Made by a program: the position numbers and the translations under genes. DNA of 64,000 nucleotides, taken from positions 94,736,001 to 94,800,000 of the forward strand of contig NC_135804.1 in assembly GCF_964213995.1 (NCBI RefSeq), written 5' to 3'. The notes beneath the pieces are model-generated. The model worked only from the letters and a program-made list of their open reading frames with translations, ran no database searches and was not told where the DNA came from. The stretch comes from Mustelus asterias. Its lineage: Eukaryota. How positions within the stretch are numbered: the stretch's first letter is position 1; every line of letters begins with the position of its first letter. Positions 11,808 through 23,642 of the stretch are shown here, one piece after another.

Positions 11808-12113
11808 AACTGGTTAGCACTGCTGCCTCACAGCACCAGGGCCCAGGTTCAATTCCAGTTTCGGGTCGCTGTCTGTGTGGAGTTTGCACATTCTCCCTGT
11901 GCCGGTGTGAGTTTCCTCCAGATGCTCCGGTTTCCTCCCACACTCCAAAGATGTGCAGGTTAGGTTGATTGGCCATGCTAAATTGACCGTAGTGTCAGGG
12001 AGATTAGCAAGGTAAATGTATAGGATTGTGGGGATAGGGGCTGGATGGGATTGTGGTCGATACAGACTCGATGGGCTGAATGGCCTCCTCTGTACTGTAG
12101 GGATCCTATGTAT
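11808..12113 (+). mobile_element. HE1/V-SINE (5' clipped)
   Basis: TGGTTAGCACTGCTGCCTCACAGC, B box GGTTCAATTCC, body and CTGTAGGGATCCTATG tail. Confidence 0.85.
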
Positions 12114-12347
12114 GCCGGTGGCGGAGGAGGATGTTGAATGTGGTGGATGGGGTCCAGTTAAGTGGGCTGCTTTGTCCTGGATGTTGTCACACTTCTTGAG
12201 TGTTGTTGGAGCTGCGCTCACCCAGGCAAGTGAAGACTATTCCATTGCGCACCTGACTTGTGCATTGTAGATGGTAAACAGGCTTTGGAGGAGTCAGGAG
12301 GTGAGTTGCACTCCACAGAATTCTCAGCCTCTGGCCTGCTGTTGTAG

Positions 12348-13125
12348 TCATGATGTGGAGATGCCGGCGTTGGACTGGGGTAAACACAGTAAGAAGTTTA
12401 ACAACACCAGGTTAAAGTCCAACAGGTTTATTTGGTAGCAAAAGCCACACAAGCTTTCGGAGCTCTAAGCCCCTTCTTCAGGTGAGTGGGAATTCTGTTC
12501 ACAAACAGAGCATATAAAGACACAGACTCAATTTACATGAATAATGGTTGGAATGCGAATACTTACAACTAATCAAGTCTTTAAGAAACAAAACAATGTG
12601 AGTGGAGAGAGCATCAAGACAGGCTAAAAAGATGTGTATTGTCTCCAGACAAGACAGCCAGTGAAACTCTTCAGGTCCACGCAACTGTGGGGGTTACAAA
12701 TAGTGTGACATGAACCCAATATCCCGGTTGAGGCCGTCCTCGTGTGTGCGGAACTCACAAGTTCCACACACACGAGGACGGCCTCAACCGGGATATTGGG
12801 TTCATGTCACACTATTTGTAACCCCCACAGTTGCGTGGACCTGAAGAGTTTCACTGGCTGTCTTGTCTGGAGACAATACACATCTTTTTAGCCTGTCTTG
12901 ATGCTCTCTCCACTCACATTGTTTTGTTTCTTAAAGACTTGATTAGTTGTAAGTATTCGCATTCCAACCATTATTCATGTAAATTGAGTCTGTGTCTTTA
13001 TATGCTCTGTTTGTGAACAGAATTCCCACTCACCTGAAGAAGGGGCTTAGAGCTCCGAAAGCTTGTGTGGCTTTTGCTACCAAATAAACCTGTTGGACTT
13101 TAACCTGGTGTTGTTAAACTTCTTA
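12348..13125 (-). mobile_element. Palindromic Penelope-like insertion (arms ~366 bp, centre ~12757)
   Basis: Identical peptides on opposite strands (12499-12684 - and 12831-13016 +); TSD CTGCTGTTGTAG. Confidence 0.92.
13031..13067 (+). ncRNA. Minimal type I hammerhead ribozyme (PLE-associated); mirror copy at 12448-12484 on -
   Basis: CAC-CTGAAGA-A-GGGGC(TTAGA)GCTCC-GAAAGCTT-GTG: conserved core boxes, stem II, palindromic AGCT in place of stem III, CAC/GTG stem I. Confidence 0.75.
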
Positions 13126-13140
13126 CTGCTGTTGTAGCCA

Positions 13141-13310
13141 CAGTAAGAAGTTTAACAACACCAGGTTAAAGTCCAACAGGTTTATTTGGTAGCAAAAGCT
13201 ACCAAATGTGTGGCTTTTGCTACCAAATAAACCTGTTGGACTTTAACCTGGTGTTGTTAAACTTCTTACTGTGTTTACCCCAGTCCAACGCCGGCATTTC
13301 CACATCATGA
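13141..13310 (+). mobile_element. Mini fold-back Penelope-like insertion
   Basis: Inverted arm plus sense arm with tail; TSD CTGCTGTTGTAGCCA at 13126-13140 and 13311-13325. Confidence 0.9.
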
Positions 13311-14338
13311 CTGCTGTTGTAGCCAAAGTATTTACATGGCTGGTGTTTAAAACAACTCAAACACTAAGCCTTCCTAAATACAAAATATAACTGCCTCATT
13401 AACACTTTGTTTTAGTGAGAAGTAAAAGTGAAGGCCCAAAGTGCAGGACACCACTGAGGTTAAATTAAAAGAGAAAATTCATCACATCAAGAATTATCAA
13501 TTGAGCTGTGTCAAGCATGTGTTTAAATGCTTGGGGTTTATAGAAGCAAAGAAAGAAGTGCAGAGGTCTGTGCTTTGAGGTCCTGCATTAGTTATAGATT
13601 GCATGATAATCGATGAGTACCATGGAGTTGGACTGACTGAGGTGCAACCAGCAACAATCACCACCCCACTTCCCTGACAGTAAACAAAATGGTTTGTTGG
13701 CAGACTCTGAAAATTAATCAAAAGAGTCATATTTGTTTGTGGTACATTGGTTAGTGCACTTCAGATCCTTGAAAGAATTGGCCTCTGTACATTGATTGCA
13801 ATGAAGACTGGTTTCATTTTTATTGAAGTTTTTTCTCTAATCGCCACATTCTGTTTAAAGGAGATGAGCAGTGGATTCTCAGAATTAAACATTGAAGGAC
13901 TTGATTAATTATTCGATCTTATCTTCTTGTAAGGTGCTCAAGTCTTAGAGGCTGTGAGGCTTCGCTGAGCGGTGAATAGTTGAAACAAAGATAAATGTTA
14001 TGCGCAAAATGTAGATGGGAATAAATGGCAAAATTGTTTGACTGCCTTGTTGGGTTTTTGCTCAGAAATGTTTTGAAAATCATTTGTAAAATAATGTGTT
14101 TGCTTCATTATAAATATTGAAACTATTAAGAACAATGATGATTTGAAGAGCTCTGAGTAACATTAACTGATAGAAACAACATACTTTGGATCATTGGGAA
14201 AGAATATAAAATCTTCCAAATTTGCATATTTCCAATCTGTGAACATAAATACAATCACAAAGGTCTGCTGTGAGATTTCACTTTGAAACTGTAGGTAAAA
14301 ATCAGAGGTCTTTGAAAATTCCTGACAAGTATGATCTT

Positions 14339-14513
14339 CATGATGTGGAGATGCCGGCGTTGGACTGGGGTAAACACAGTAAGAAGTTTAACAACACCAG
14401 GTGAAAGTCCAACAGGTTTATTTGGTCGCAAAAGCCACACAAGCTTTCGGAGCCCCAAGCCCCTCCTTGAAGAAGGGGCTTGGGGCTCCGAAAGCTTGGG
14501 TGGCTTATACTAC
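14339..14513 (-). mobile_element. Mini fold-back Penelope-like insertion
   Basis: TSD CAAGTATGATCTT at 14326-14338 and 14514-14526; fold-back occurs at the hammerhead core. Confidence 0.9.
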
Positions 14514-14789
14514 CAAGTATGATCTTAACAGCAGTTAATGTAGCTGTTGTGAAGCCTGAGTAACTTCCCATCTTGTCTGTTTTACTGTCCATTCTTAAAT
14601 GTTACCGTATTTTTTCTATGCCCTGCATTCACCTATTTGAAGTTAGCAGATCTGCAGATTTAGTAAGTTCTTTCCTCACTGTTACTACAACACTGACAGG
14701 TAAATCCCAAATGCTTTTTAGCAATTTCTCAGTCTTGTCCTCTATAAAGCAGGGCATTTTCCATTATGTATATTTCATTTTGATCAAAC

Positions 14790-15780
14790 TTTGTTAAGGG
14801 CAAATCATGTTTAACTAATTTGCTTGAGTTTTTTGATGAGGCAACAGAGATGAATGTAATGCTGTTGATGTAGTATTATATGTTTACTTCCAGAAGACAT
14901 TTAACACAGTGCCATGGACTCGTGAGCAAAATTATAGCTCATGGAATAAAAAGAACAGTAGCAACAAATATACAAAATTGGGAGAGTGACAGAAAACAGA
15001 GAGTAGTGGTTAATGGATGTTCCTCAGACTGGAAAAGCTGACATCGTGGAGTTTTCCAGGGGCCTGTGTGAGGAGGCAGGAGAAGAGGAACCTGGGTGCA
15101 TTTGTGCATAAGTCATTGAAGGTAGCGGACCCAGGTTGAGCGAGTGGTTAAAAAAGTATTTGGGCAATAGGGCATATAATATAACAACAAGGAGGTTATG
15201 TTAAACTTGTATAGAACACTGATTCAACCTTAAATTGACTATTGTGTCCCGTTTTGCCCACAGCACTTTTTAGGAACAATAAGAAGTCTCACAACGCCAG
15301 GTTAAAGTCCAACAGGTTTATTTGGTATCATGAGCTTTCAGAGTGCTGCTCTTTCATCAGCTGACTCATCTGATGAAGGAGCAGCGCTCCAAAAGCTTGT
15401 GATACCAAATAAACCTGTTGGACTTTAACCTGGTGTTGTGAGACTTCTTACTGTGCCTATCACAGTCCAACGCCAGCATCTCCACATCATCACTTTTTAG
15501 GAAGGATATGAGGGCATTCGAACAAACGGAAAAGATTCACAAGGTTGGTTCCAGGGATGAAGAACTCCAGTTATGTAGATAGATTGAAGAAGCTGAGACT
15601 ATTCTTCTTGTAGAAAAGAAGGTTGAGAGGAGATTTGATAGAGATGTTCAAAATCATGAGAGGTCTGGACAGAGATGGAGAGAAATTGTTCCCATTGGCA
15701 TAAGGATTAAGTTCCAGAGGGCACAGATTTAAGTTAATTGGCAAAAGAAGCAATTGTGACATAAGGAAAATCTTTTTCAT
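14790..15780 (+). mobile_element. Old CR1 RT fragment
   Basis: Degenerate CLTNLLEFF, DFQKTF and EKRRLRGDLIEMFKIM motifs. Confidence 0.75.
15277..15490 (+). mobile_element. Mini fold-back Penelope-like insertion inside CR1
   Basis: TSD CACTTTTTAGGAA at 15264-15276 and 15491-15503. Confidence 0.9.
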
Positions 15781-18533
15781 CCAATGTCAACATCATGCAC
15801 TTCCTCAGGCAGTAAAATCCCTAGACTCTTCCACAACAATGTAGCTTAATTTCAATCTTGAAGGAACTCCTGCTATTGCAGCATTGTGATATTTATTTTC
15901 CATATACAATATCCTTTTCTGGTGAAGTTAGTGGCAGTTTTATGCCTAGTTCCATGTCTCTGGAAACGAGGCCAGCAGACCGAGTGGACTACTTCTATAC
16001 CATTAGAACGTAATGGATTTGGACACAGGCAACAGAGTTAAAAGTCAACGCCTAGTCAGCTACTTTTCCAAATTTCTCCAGATACTTCATTCCTTATGGG
16101 AGAACTATCAAAAAGCAGGGAATATTATTAAAGGTTGAGAAGTACAATTTCAAAGTCTGTAAGTGACTGAATTTTATATCTACACGTACATCATTGCAGT
16201 CATATGCCAAAGCTTCTACTATACAACTCATACTTGCTCTTTTTACCACATAATTTTAATTTGGTGAATAAAATGAATGAGACAACAATACACTGTCCCA
16301 CTATTTGGAATCTTGCATTCTTATCTATTAAATGAATCCCAGGAAGCTCATCTGGTTGAGTATTGGACTTCGGGCAGAGAGGGTGCTGATTGAAACCAGA
16401 GAATACAGAGCTAACCACAAGTGATGTCTTTGGATTCTTAGAGCCTTTGGCAGTGTTTGCCCTGTTTGTCTTAATTTTCTAATATAATGTGCAGAACTGC
16501 AGTTGGTGGGCAGCAAGTCAGGCGTTATAACAGACCTATGCCTCAAACTGCTGTAAGTGACTCTGTCAGAAGCAGCCCTCTGTTGGATTGTATAGAGAAT
16601 AATATAAACCTCACAATAAAGCTTATCAATGTGTGGAAAAGGGATGCTGTCAAAATATCAGAACAAAAGTCCAAATGGTTTGTAACCTTAGATTGCAATC
16701 TTATTGTTGGTTCTTGAATAACTGTACATTTTTGTGATCTGTGTGATTGAGCTCACTCACATCATTGAACAGGGTTTTTTTTTCCCCTTCCCATCTTCTC
16801 TGCCAAATGTGTAAGCTCAGGCTAGGGTAGGTTCACAGGTGCTAACTATACAATCATAGTAGTTACATCCCAAAAGGAGGATATTTATCTTTTGTTGGTG
16901 TCTGGTCTTCAGCTGGAGATGCCTACTCAAATCACATTTCCCTGCCCTATTTTCTGTCTCATTTTACACCCTTTGAGTACCTTTCACTTTTCTTTTACAT
17001 AGTATTATAATCTCTGCTTCCATTTTCACTTGTAAAGCAGCCTAATCTTCAGTACATACATTGTTTTGTCCATTGTTTCTTATGATGATCCTCAGTCAGT
17101 ATCCTTTGTACCAATTCACCAAATACTGGGAACAGTCAGTCACTGTAATGTATTAGATTCATTGTAATCTATTAGATCCCTTTCAGCAATATCTATTGCA
17201 ATTAAAATACTATAGCCACTTATTCTTGTAGTGAAAGTAATTCTCCACTTTACATTTTCCATGGCTCTAATATTCTCCTATAAGAGAAACTCAAAATGGC
17301 ATGCAATGCACTAGCTGTAGCCAAAGCCTTGTACAAATTTAACAATAACTTTTGTATTTATTCATGCATATGAAACCCAGAATGCCAATTCCCATTTCCA
17401 TCTGAATAATGGTCTTGGAAAATCCGTGTATTAATATCTGTAAATTTCTCAGTTCTTCAACACTATTAAGAATCTCGTGTTCTGAAGATACTTTTCCCAA
17501 AACAAGCTAATTCAAATTTCTTTGCTTTAAACTGTCTGCCACCTTCCTTCTCCTCACTCTGCTAACCTGACTGTTTCTGCAATTTCCTACATTCTCCCTC
17601 ACAATTCATCATGCTGCTTAATTTGATGTGGACTGTGAACTTTTGCTCTTGACACAAGAGGAATGATATCCATCCTGAGACTTGTTTATTACTTGGGGCA
17701 CACAATTACTATCCTCCCATTTGGGATGAAAAATAACTCTACTTATGGTTCCTTTCTCTCTGGGTTTATTTCAGTCCACGTGACTAGAATCTCTTTAATA
17801 TCATGTATCTATCATTTCATACCTCTGAACATCCCATCATATTCTTGTTTTTTTTACACTCTCAAGAATGCATGATTTGCCCTTAAAAAATCATTGCTAA
17901 CTCTCACTGACTTGCCCATAAATGTTGACTAATCTTATTCTTGATATCACAACTGAGTCCAAGACTGATTGGCCATGACTTCCTAACTTATCCCTTTCCT
18001 GAACAATGTGCTCCCTTCAGTGGCACCATCTTGTAGGGACTTCTTCCACCATTGTGGAATGCAAACCAACTTGACTTGATGACTCTACTGCTTTATAATT
18101 TGACAATTTGTAGTATTTGAAGAATTGCAAATGATGCTGAGCATTGTGCACTCATCAGCGATCACTCTCGCATCTGACCTTATCATGGAGGGAATGACAG
18201 TGATGAAGCAGCTGAATTTGCTCGACTGTTGGACACTATCCTGAGGTACACCTGCAGCAGTGTCCTGGGACTGAGATGATTGACCTCCAATCACCACAGC
18301 CATCTTCTTTTGTGCTAGGTATGGTTCCAACCAGTAGGAGTTTTCTCCCCGATGAGTTTTCTCCCAGTTTTGCTCCTTGATGCCACACTTGGTCAAATGT
18401 GGCCTTGAAGTCAAGGGTAGGCTTGACCTTACCTCTTGAGTTCTACTCTTTAATCCATGTTTGGACCAAGCCTGTAAATAAGGTCAGGAGCTGAGTGGCC
18501 TTAGCAGAATCCACACTGAACATCAGTGAGCCG

Positions 18534-18649
18534 GTAAAAGCAAAATACTGCGGATACTGGAATCTGAAACAGAAAACAGAAAATGCTGGAAAATCTCAGC
18601 AGGTCTCACAGGTGTTGTCAGACTTGCTGAGGTTTTCCAGCATTTTCTG
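18534..18649 (-). mobile_element. Fold-back terminal fragment of a second, probably Penelope-like, family
   Basis: ACAGAAAATGCTGGAAAATCTCAGCAGGTCT is inverted as AGACTTGCTGAGGTTTTCCAGCATTTTCTGT; flanking direct repeat TCAGTGAGC at 18523-18531 and 18650-18658. Confidence 0.55.
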
Positions 18650-18696
18650 TCAGTGAGCAGATTATTGCTGAGTTTGGGTTTGGCTTGCTTCTTTCA

Positions 18697-18936
18697 CAAT
18701 AAGAGTTTTAACAACACCAGGTTAAAGTCCAACAGGTTTATTTGGTAGCAAATGCCATTAGCTTTCGGAGCGCTGCCCCTTCGTCAGATGGAGCAGATAT
18801 CCACTCCATCTGACGAAGGGGCAGCGCTCCGAAAGCTAATGGCATTTGCTACCAAATAAACGTGTTGGACTTTAACCTGGTGTTGTTAAAACTCTTACTG
18901 TGTTTACCCCAGTCCAACGCCGGCATCTCCACATCA
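18697..18936 (+). mobile_element. Mini fold-back Penelope-like insertion with hammerheads on both strands (18755-18791 -, 18806-18842 +)
   Basis: TSD TTGCTTCTTTCA at 18685-18696 and 18937-18948; CCAT-CTGACGA-A-GGGGC(AGC)GCTCC-GAAAGCTA-ATGG. Confidence 0.9.
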
Positions 18937-19105
18937 TTGCTTCTTTCAGACAGAACATGCCGTGGCAATTTTCCATATTGCTGGGAAGATGCCAATGTTG
19001 TAGATGTACTTGAACAGGTTGGCTAGATACATGGCTAGTTCTGCAGCACAAGAGTTCTGTTGCCAGAAGGGGTTGTCAGACCCTGTAGCCTTTGCAGCAT
19101 CCACT

Positions 19106-20649
19106 GGGGGCGATTCTCCCAAAAAAATTCCAAGTGTTGAATTCATGTACAAGCTCTAGTAAATCCCGCTGGTTTTTTCAGCAGGATTTTCAAAATGAAT
19201 CGCCCACAATCTGTGCGCTTCAGATTGCACTAGCGTGAATCAGGCTGAAAATGCTATGGGCGGGGTTTATTCCCGCTGGAGAGGCCGGCAGCAAAGTGCT
19301 GAGTGGGCCACTGTGCATGCGCCGATCTATCAGCGCCGATTGCTGATCAGCCCCGCATCGCCAGCCGTGCAGCCCTGCCACGGCCCAATCGCTGGCCCCC
19401 TGAACATGTCCGGGCCAGCCTTCCCCACCGATCCTGAATGCAGATTGGCAGTGGGACCCCCTGCCCCCCATTAGGTCTCTCCCTGTCCCCATTAGGCCTT
19501 GCCCCCTTGGCACTGCCCATTACCTGGTGAGCAGTGCCAAGGTGTCCCCTGGGCATTGGCACTTTGCCCGTTGGGCAGTGCCAGGGGCCCAGGCTGGCAC
19601 TACCAAGGTGCCAATGCCCAGAGGGCAACCCAGCCCATGCTGGTGGAGAAGGTGGTGAAGAAGGCATATGGTATGCTTGCCTTTATAGGACGGGGTATAG
19701 AGTATAAAAGCTGGAGTCTGATGATGCAGCTGTATAGAATGCTGGTTAGGCCACATTTGGAGTACTGCGTCCAGTTCTGGTCGCCGCACTACCAGAAGGA
19801 CGTGGAGGCATTGGAGAGAGTGCAGAGAAGGTTTACCAGGATGTTGCCTGGTATGGAGGGTCTTAGCTATGAGGAGAGATTGGGTAGACTGGGGTTGTTC
19901 TCCTTGGAAAGACGGAGAATGAGGGGAGATCTAATAGAGGTATACAAGATTATGAAGGGTATAGATAGGGTGAACAGTGGGAAGCTTTTTCCCAGTTCGG
20001 AGGTGACGATCACGAGGGGTCACGGGCTCAAGCTGAGAGGGGCGAAGTATAACTCAGACATCAGAGGGACGTTTTTTACACAGAGGGTGGTGGGGGCCTG
20101 GAATGCGCTGCCAAGTAGGGTGGTGGAGGCAGGCACGCTGACATCATTTAAGACTTACCTGGATAGTCACATGAGCAGCCTGGGAATGGAGGGATACAAA
20201 CGATTGGTCTAGTTGGACCAAGGAGCGGCACAGGCTTGGAGGGCCGAAGGGCCTGTTTCCTGTGCTGTACTGTTCTTTGTTTTGTTCTTTGTATGCCAGA
20301 CCCTCTAGGGGGTCCTCGATTACCTGGCCCTTCACTCGAGCAGGGATGGGCCGCTAGCTCCCCGCAAATGGGCAGATGCTGTAAACCCCGCTGGAGTAAA
20401 CCACTCTTGGTGGGGGGGAGATACTAGCTGGCTGCTAATGGCATTGAAATTACATGCAAATTACCTGATGCATGATGCATTAAATTCCGCGCCTATTTCT
20501 GGTGCAGAGCTGACAACGCCGGATATCTGGAGCTGGGAGGCGTACTCAGGGCCGGGCGTCCAGCGTGGATTGCGCTAATTGAGCGCTGCTTGAATCTCCT
20601 GGCCTGCTGCGCTAAAAAATTAGCGCAGCGTGATGGGAGAATTGCCCCC
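19106..20649. mobile_element. Non-autonomous PIF/Harbinger-type DNA transposon
   Basis: TIRs GGGGGCGATTCTCCC / GGGAGAATTGCCCCC; 3-bp TSD ACT at 19103-19105 and 20650-20652. Confidence 0.8.
19640..20292 (+). mobile_element. Young CR1 3' fragment inserted in the Harbinger element
   Basis: VEKVVKKAYGMLAFIGRGIEYK...RPHLEYCVQFW; TGTTCTTTG tail. Confidence 0.92.
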
Positions 20650-20863
20650 ACTGAGCGAATTGAATTGGCTGAAGATTGGGATCTGTGATGCTGGAGACCT
20701 GAGGTAAAGATCGAGATGGATCAGCCACTTGACACTTTTGGCTGAAGATTGTTAGAAATGCTTCTGTCTTGTCTTGCACTGATGTGCTGGACTCCCCCAT
20801 CATTGAGGATGGGATTTTGTGGAATCTCATCCTCCAGTTAGTTATTATTATCCAACACCATTC

Positions 20864-21142
20864 ATGGTGGCACAGTGGTTAGCACTGCTGCCTCACAGTG
20901 CCAGGAACCCAGGTTCGATTCCCAGCTTGGGTCACTGTCTGTGTGGAGTTTGCATGTTCTCCCTGTGTCTGCATGGGTTTCCTCCGTGTGCTTTGATTTC
21001 CTCCCACAGTCTGAAAGAGTTGCTGGTTAGGTGCATTGACATGAACAGGCGGCGTAGTCTGGCGACTAGGGGATTTTCACAGTAACTTCATTGCAGTGTT
21101 AATGTAAGTCTTACATGTGACTAATAAATAAACTTACTTACT
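20864..21142 (+). mobile_element. V-SINE (GACTAATAAATAAAC tail type)
   Basis: A/B boxes, body, tail GGATTTTCACAGTAACTTCATTGCAGTG...TAATAAATAAAC. Confidence 0.85.
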
Positions 21143-21387
21143 GAATGCAGCAGGAATGCGGAGCTTAGATCTGATCCATTATTTGTGGGATTGCTTAGCT
21201 CTGTTTCTTGCATGCTGCTTCTAATATTTGTCATAGTTCTCGGTTGTAGCCTCACTAGTTTGATACCTCATTTTTAGGTATGCCTGGTACTGTTCTTGGC
21301 AAAAACTCCTGTACTCTTCAGTGAACCAGGGGTTGTTTCCTGGCTTGATGGTAATGGTAAAGTGGGAATATACCAAGCCATGAGATT

Positions 21388-21617
21388 GGGCGGCACAGTG
21401 CCTCACAGCACTGGAGACACGGGTTCAATTCCAGCCTTGGGTCACTGAATGTGTGGAGTTTGCACATTCTCCCCATGTCTGCATGGGTTTCCTCCAGGTG
21501 CTCTGGTTTGCACCCACAGTCCAAAGACTGTGGGTGCAAACATGGCTTGGGTGGGATTGTGGTTGGTGCAAACTCGATGGGCCGAATGGCCTCTTTTTGC
21601 ACTGTAGGGATTCTATT
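21388..21617 (+). mobile_element. HE1/V-SINE with internal deletions
   Basis: GGGCGGCACAGTG head, GGTTCAATTCC, body, CTGTAGGGATTCTA tail. Confidence 0.8.
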
Positions 21618-21899
21618 ACAGATTGTGGCTGAATGTAATTCTGCTGCTGCTGCTCATATTCTGCAGCATCTCATATATACCCAGTTTTGAAATGCTAGAT
21701 GTGTTTGAAATCTATCCCATTTAGCATGATGGTAGGGCCACACAACATGATGGAGTGCATCTTCAATGTAAACATGGGACTTTGTTTCCATAAGGTTTGT
21801 GCGTGCAGTAATTACTCATACTGTTATTGTCTTAGACAGATGCATCTGCAACAGATGGATTGGTGAAGTTATGTTGATGTTGTCAATGAAAGTTATGTC

Positions 21900-23170
21900 A
21901 AAGATGTCAAAAGGCATTTGATACAGTGCCACATAACAGACTTGTGAGAAAAATATTTGCTCATGGTATAAAAGGGAAAGTAGGGACTTAAAGTTTATTT
22001 AGTAGTGTCACAATTAGGCTTACATTAACACTGCAATGAAGTTACTATGAAAATCTCCTAGTCACCACACTCTGGCGCCTGTTCGGGTGCACTTAGGGAG
22101 AATTTAGTTTGGCTAATGCACCTAACAGCACGTCTTTCAGACTGTGGGAGGAAGCCCACACAGACATGGCAAGAACATGCAAACTCCGCACAAACAGCGA
22201 CCCAAGCCGGGAATCAAACCCGGGGCCCTAGCATTTTGAGGAGTGACAAGAAGCAGAGAGTAGTTATAAATGGTTTGTTGTTTTTCAGATTGGAGGAAAG
22301 TTTATAGTTTAGTTCCCGGGGTCAGTGTTGGGAGCCTTACTCTTCCTGATACATGTTAATGACCTAGACTGTGGTGTTCAAGGCATGATTTCAAAATTTG
22401 CAGATGATAACGAAGATTGGAAATGTTGTTAACTGTGATAAATAGCAGATGAATGAAGTTCAATACAGCAAAGTGTGAGGTGATTCATTTTGGTAGGAAG
22501 ATTATTGCGAGACAGTATAAATATATGTACAAAAGTCTTTGAAAGGGCAGTGCATGTTGAGAGACCAATTAATAAAGCATTTAGTATCATAGGTTTCATT
22601 AATAGGGTCGTGGAGTACAAGAATGAGGAGGTTATGAACTTGTATAAAACATTAGTTAGGCCTCATCTGGAGTACTGTGTCACATTCTGGGTGCCTTACT
22701 TGAGGAAGGATGTGAAGATGTTGGAAAGAGTCCAGAAGAGATTCACAAGAATGATTACTGGGATTAAGAACTACCTATGAAGATGGATTGGAGAGATTGG
22801 GATTGTTTTCCTTGGAGAAAAGAAGGCTGAGAGGAAACTTGATAAATTGAAACTTGACAAGATCCTGAGGAGAATGAACAGGGTAAATAGTAAGAAACCG
22901 TTTCTCCTCAAGACCGGACTAGAGATAACAGATTCAAAATAATTGGCAAAAGCAGTAAAAGTGATGCGAGGAAAAACTTGGTGGTTGGAGTCTGGAATGA
23001 ACTTCCCAGAGGGTGGTGGTGGCGGGTTCGATCGAGGTGTTCAAAAGGGAATTGGATTGCCACTTGCAAATAAAAAATGTACAAGGTTACTGGGTTAAAA
23101 GGCGAGTGGGACTAAGTAGAATGCTCTCAGAGAGCTAGTGTAGACTCAATGGACCAAATGCCTCCTGTGC
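21900..23170 (+). mobile_element. Old CR1 RT/3' fragment containing a minus-strand V-SINE (~21989-22228)
   Basis: LYKTLVRPHLEYCVTFW...LERVQKRFTRMI; SINE tail AAAGTTTATTT at 21990. Confidence 0.8.
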
Positions 23171-23369
23171 TGCAAACATTCAGTGATTCTGAGTCTTGCC
23201 TGCAGAATAGCAAAAACCGTAGAACAATGCCCGTGATTACCCAAAATTCCACACTAGTAACTCTGGATTGGTCAAAATTGTCTGAATGTGTCAAATTATC
23301 ACGCCGACCAATCAGAGTGGAGTTAGCCCATACAAGACTGTGTGGAAAAAAAAAGTGCAAAACCTACAG

Positions 23370-23640
23370 GCTAAACCTGTAAGAAAATTAAAAGTGTTGT
23401 TTATCAGAGAGAAGATGAACTTGTTACAGAAAGTGAAAAACCGTGGTGTGAAGAGGGAAGCGGATATCGCGAAGGAATGGACGATTCCACCATCGAGTTT
23501 GCACAGCATTATGAAACGCAACACAAGGATCTTGAAACAGTTTGATAAACGGGCATTCTCTGCAGCAAGGAAGAGGATAAGAATGACTGCCAATGAGTCC
23601 AATGCAGGTTCATTTGCTTGTTTCCCTAGCCAAAGCTGCA
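23370..23640 (+). mobile_element. Tigger/pogo-like transposase N-terminal (CENP-B/psq HTH) remnant
   Basis: RKLKVLFIREKMNLLQKVKNRGVKREADIAKEWTIPPSSLHSIMK...RKRIR matches the HTH_psq pattern. Confidence 0.7.
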
Positions 23641-23642
23641 AA

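Larger units (their letters stand above)
10140..12335 (-). mobile_element. LINE family B (CR1/L2-group) 3' portion, host to nested PLE, CR1 and SINE insertions
   Basis: Translates MSAAPTTLKKCDNIQDKAAHL; the 3' tail matches 31095-31160. Confidence 0.7.
18080..21880 (-). mobile_element. Fragmented LINE family B (RT to endonuclease) with several nested insertions
   Basis: ORF 18085-18414 (QKKMAVVIGGQSSQSQDTAAGVPQDSV) and 21221-21406 (ITIKPGNNPWF) resemble family B sequence elsewhere in the window. Confidence 0.65.

Noticed and set aside
12390-13126. Long palindromes as sequencing fold-back artefacts
   Set aside because: Each has a distinct TSD, an asymmetric tail and some arm mismatches, and unique sequence resumes on both sides; read-level confirmation is still advisable.
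19499-20212. 237-aa ORF as a host gene
   Set aside because: Harbinger interior fused in frame by chance to a CR1 3' fragment.
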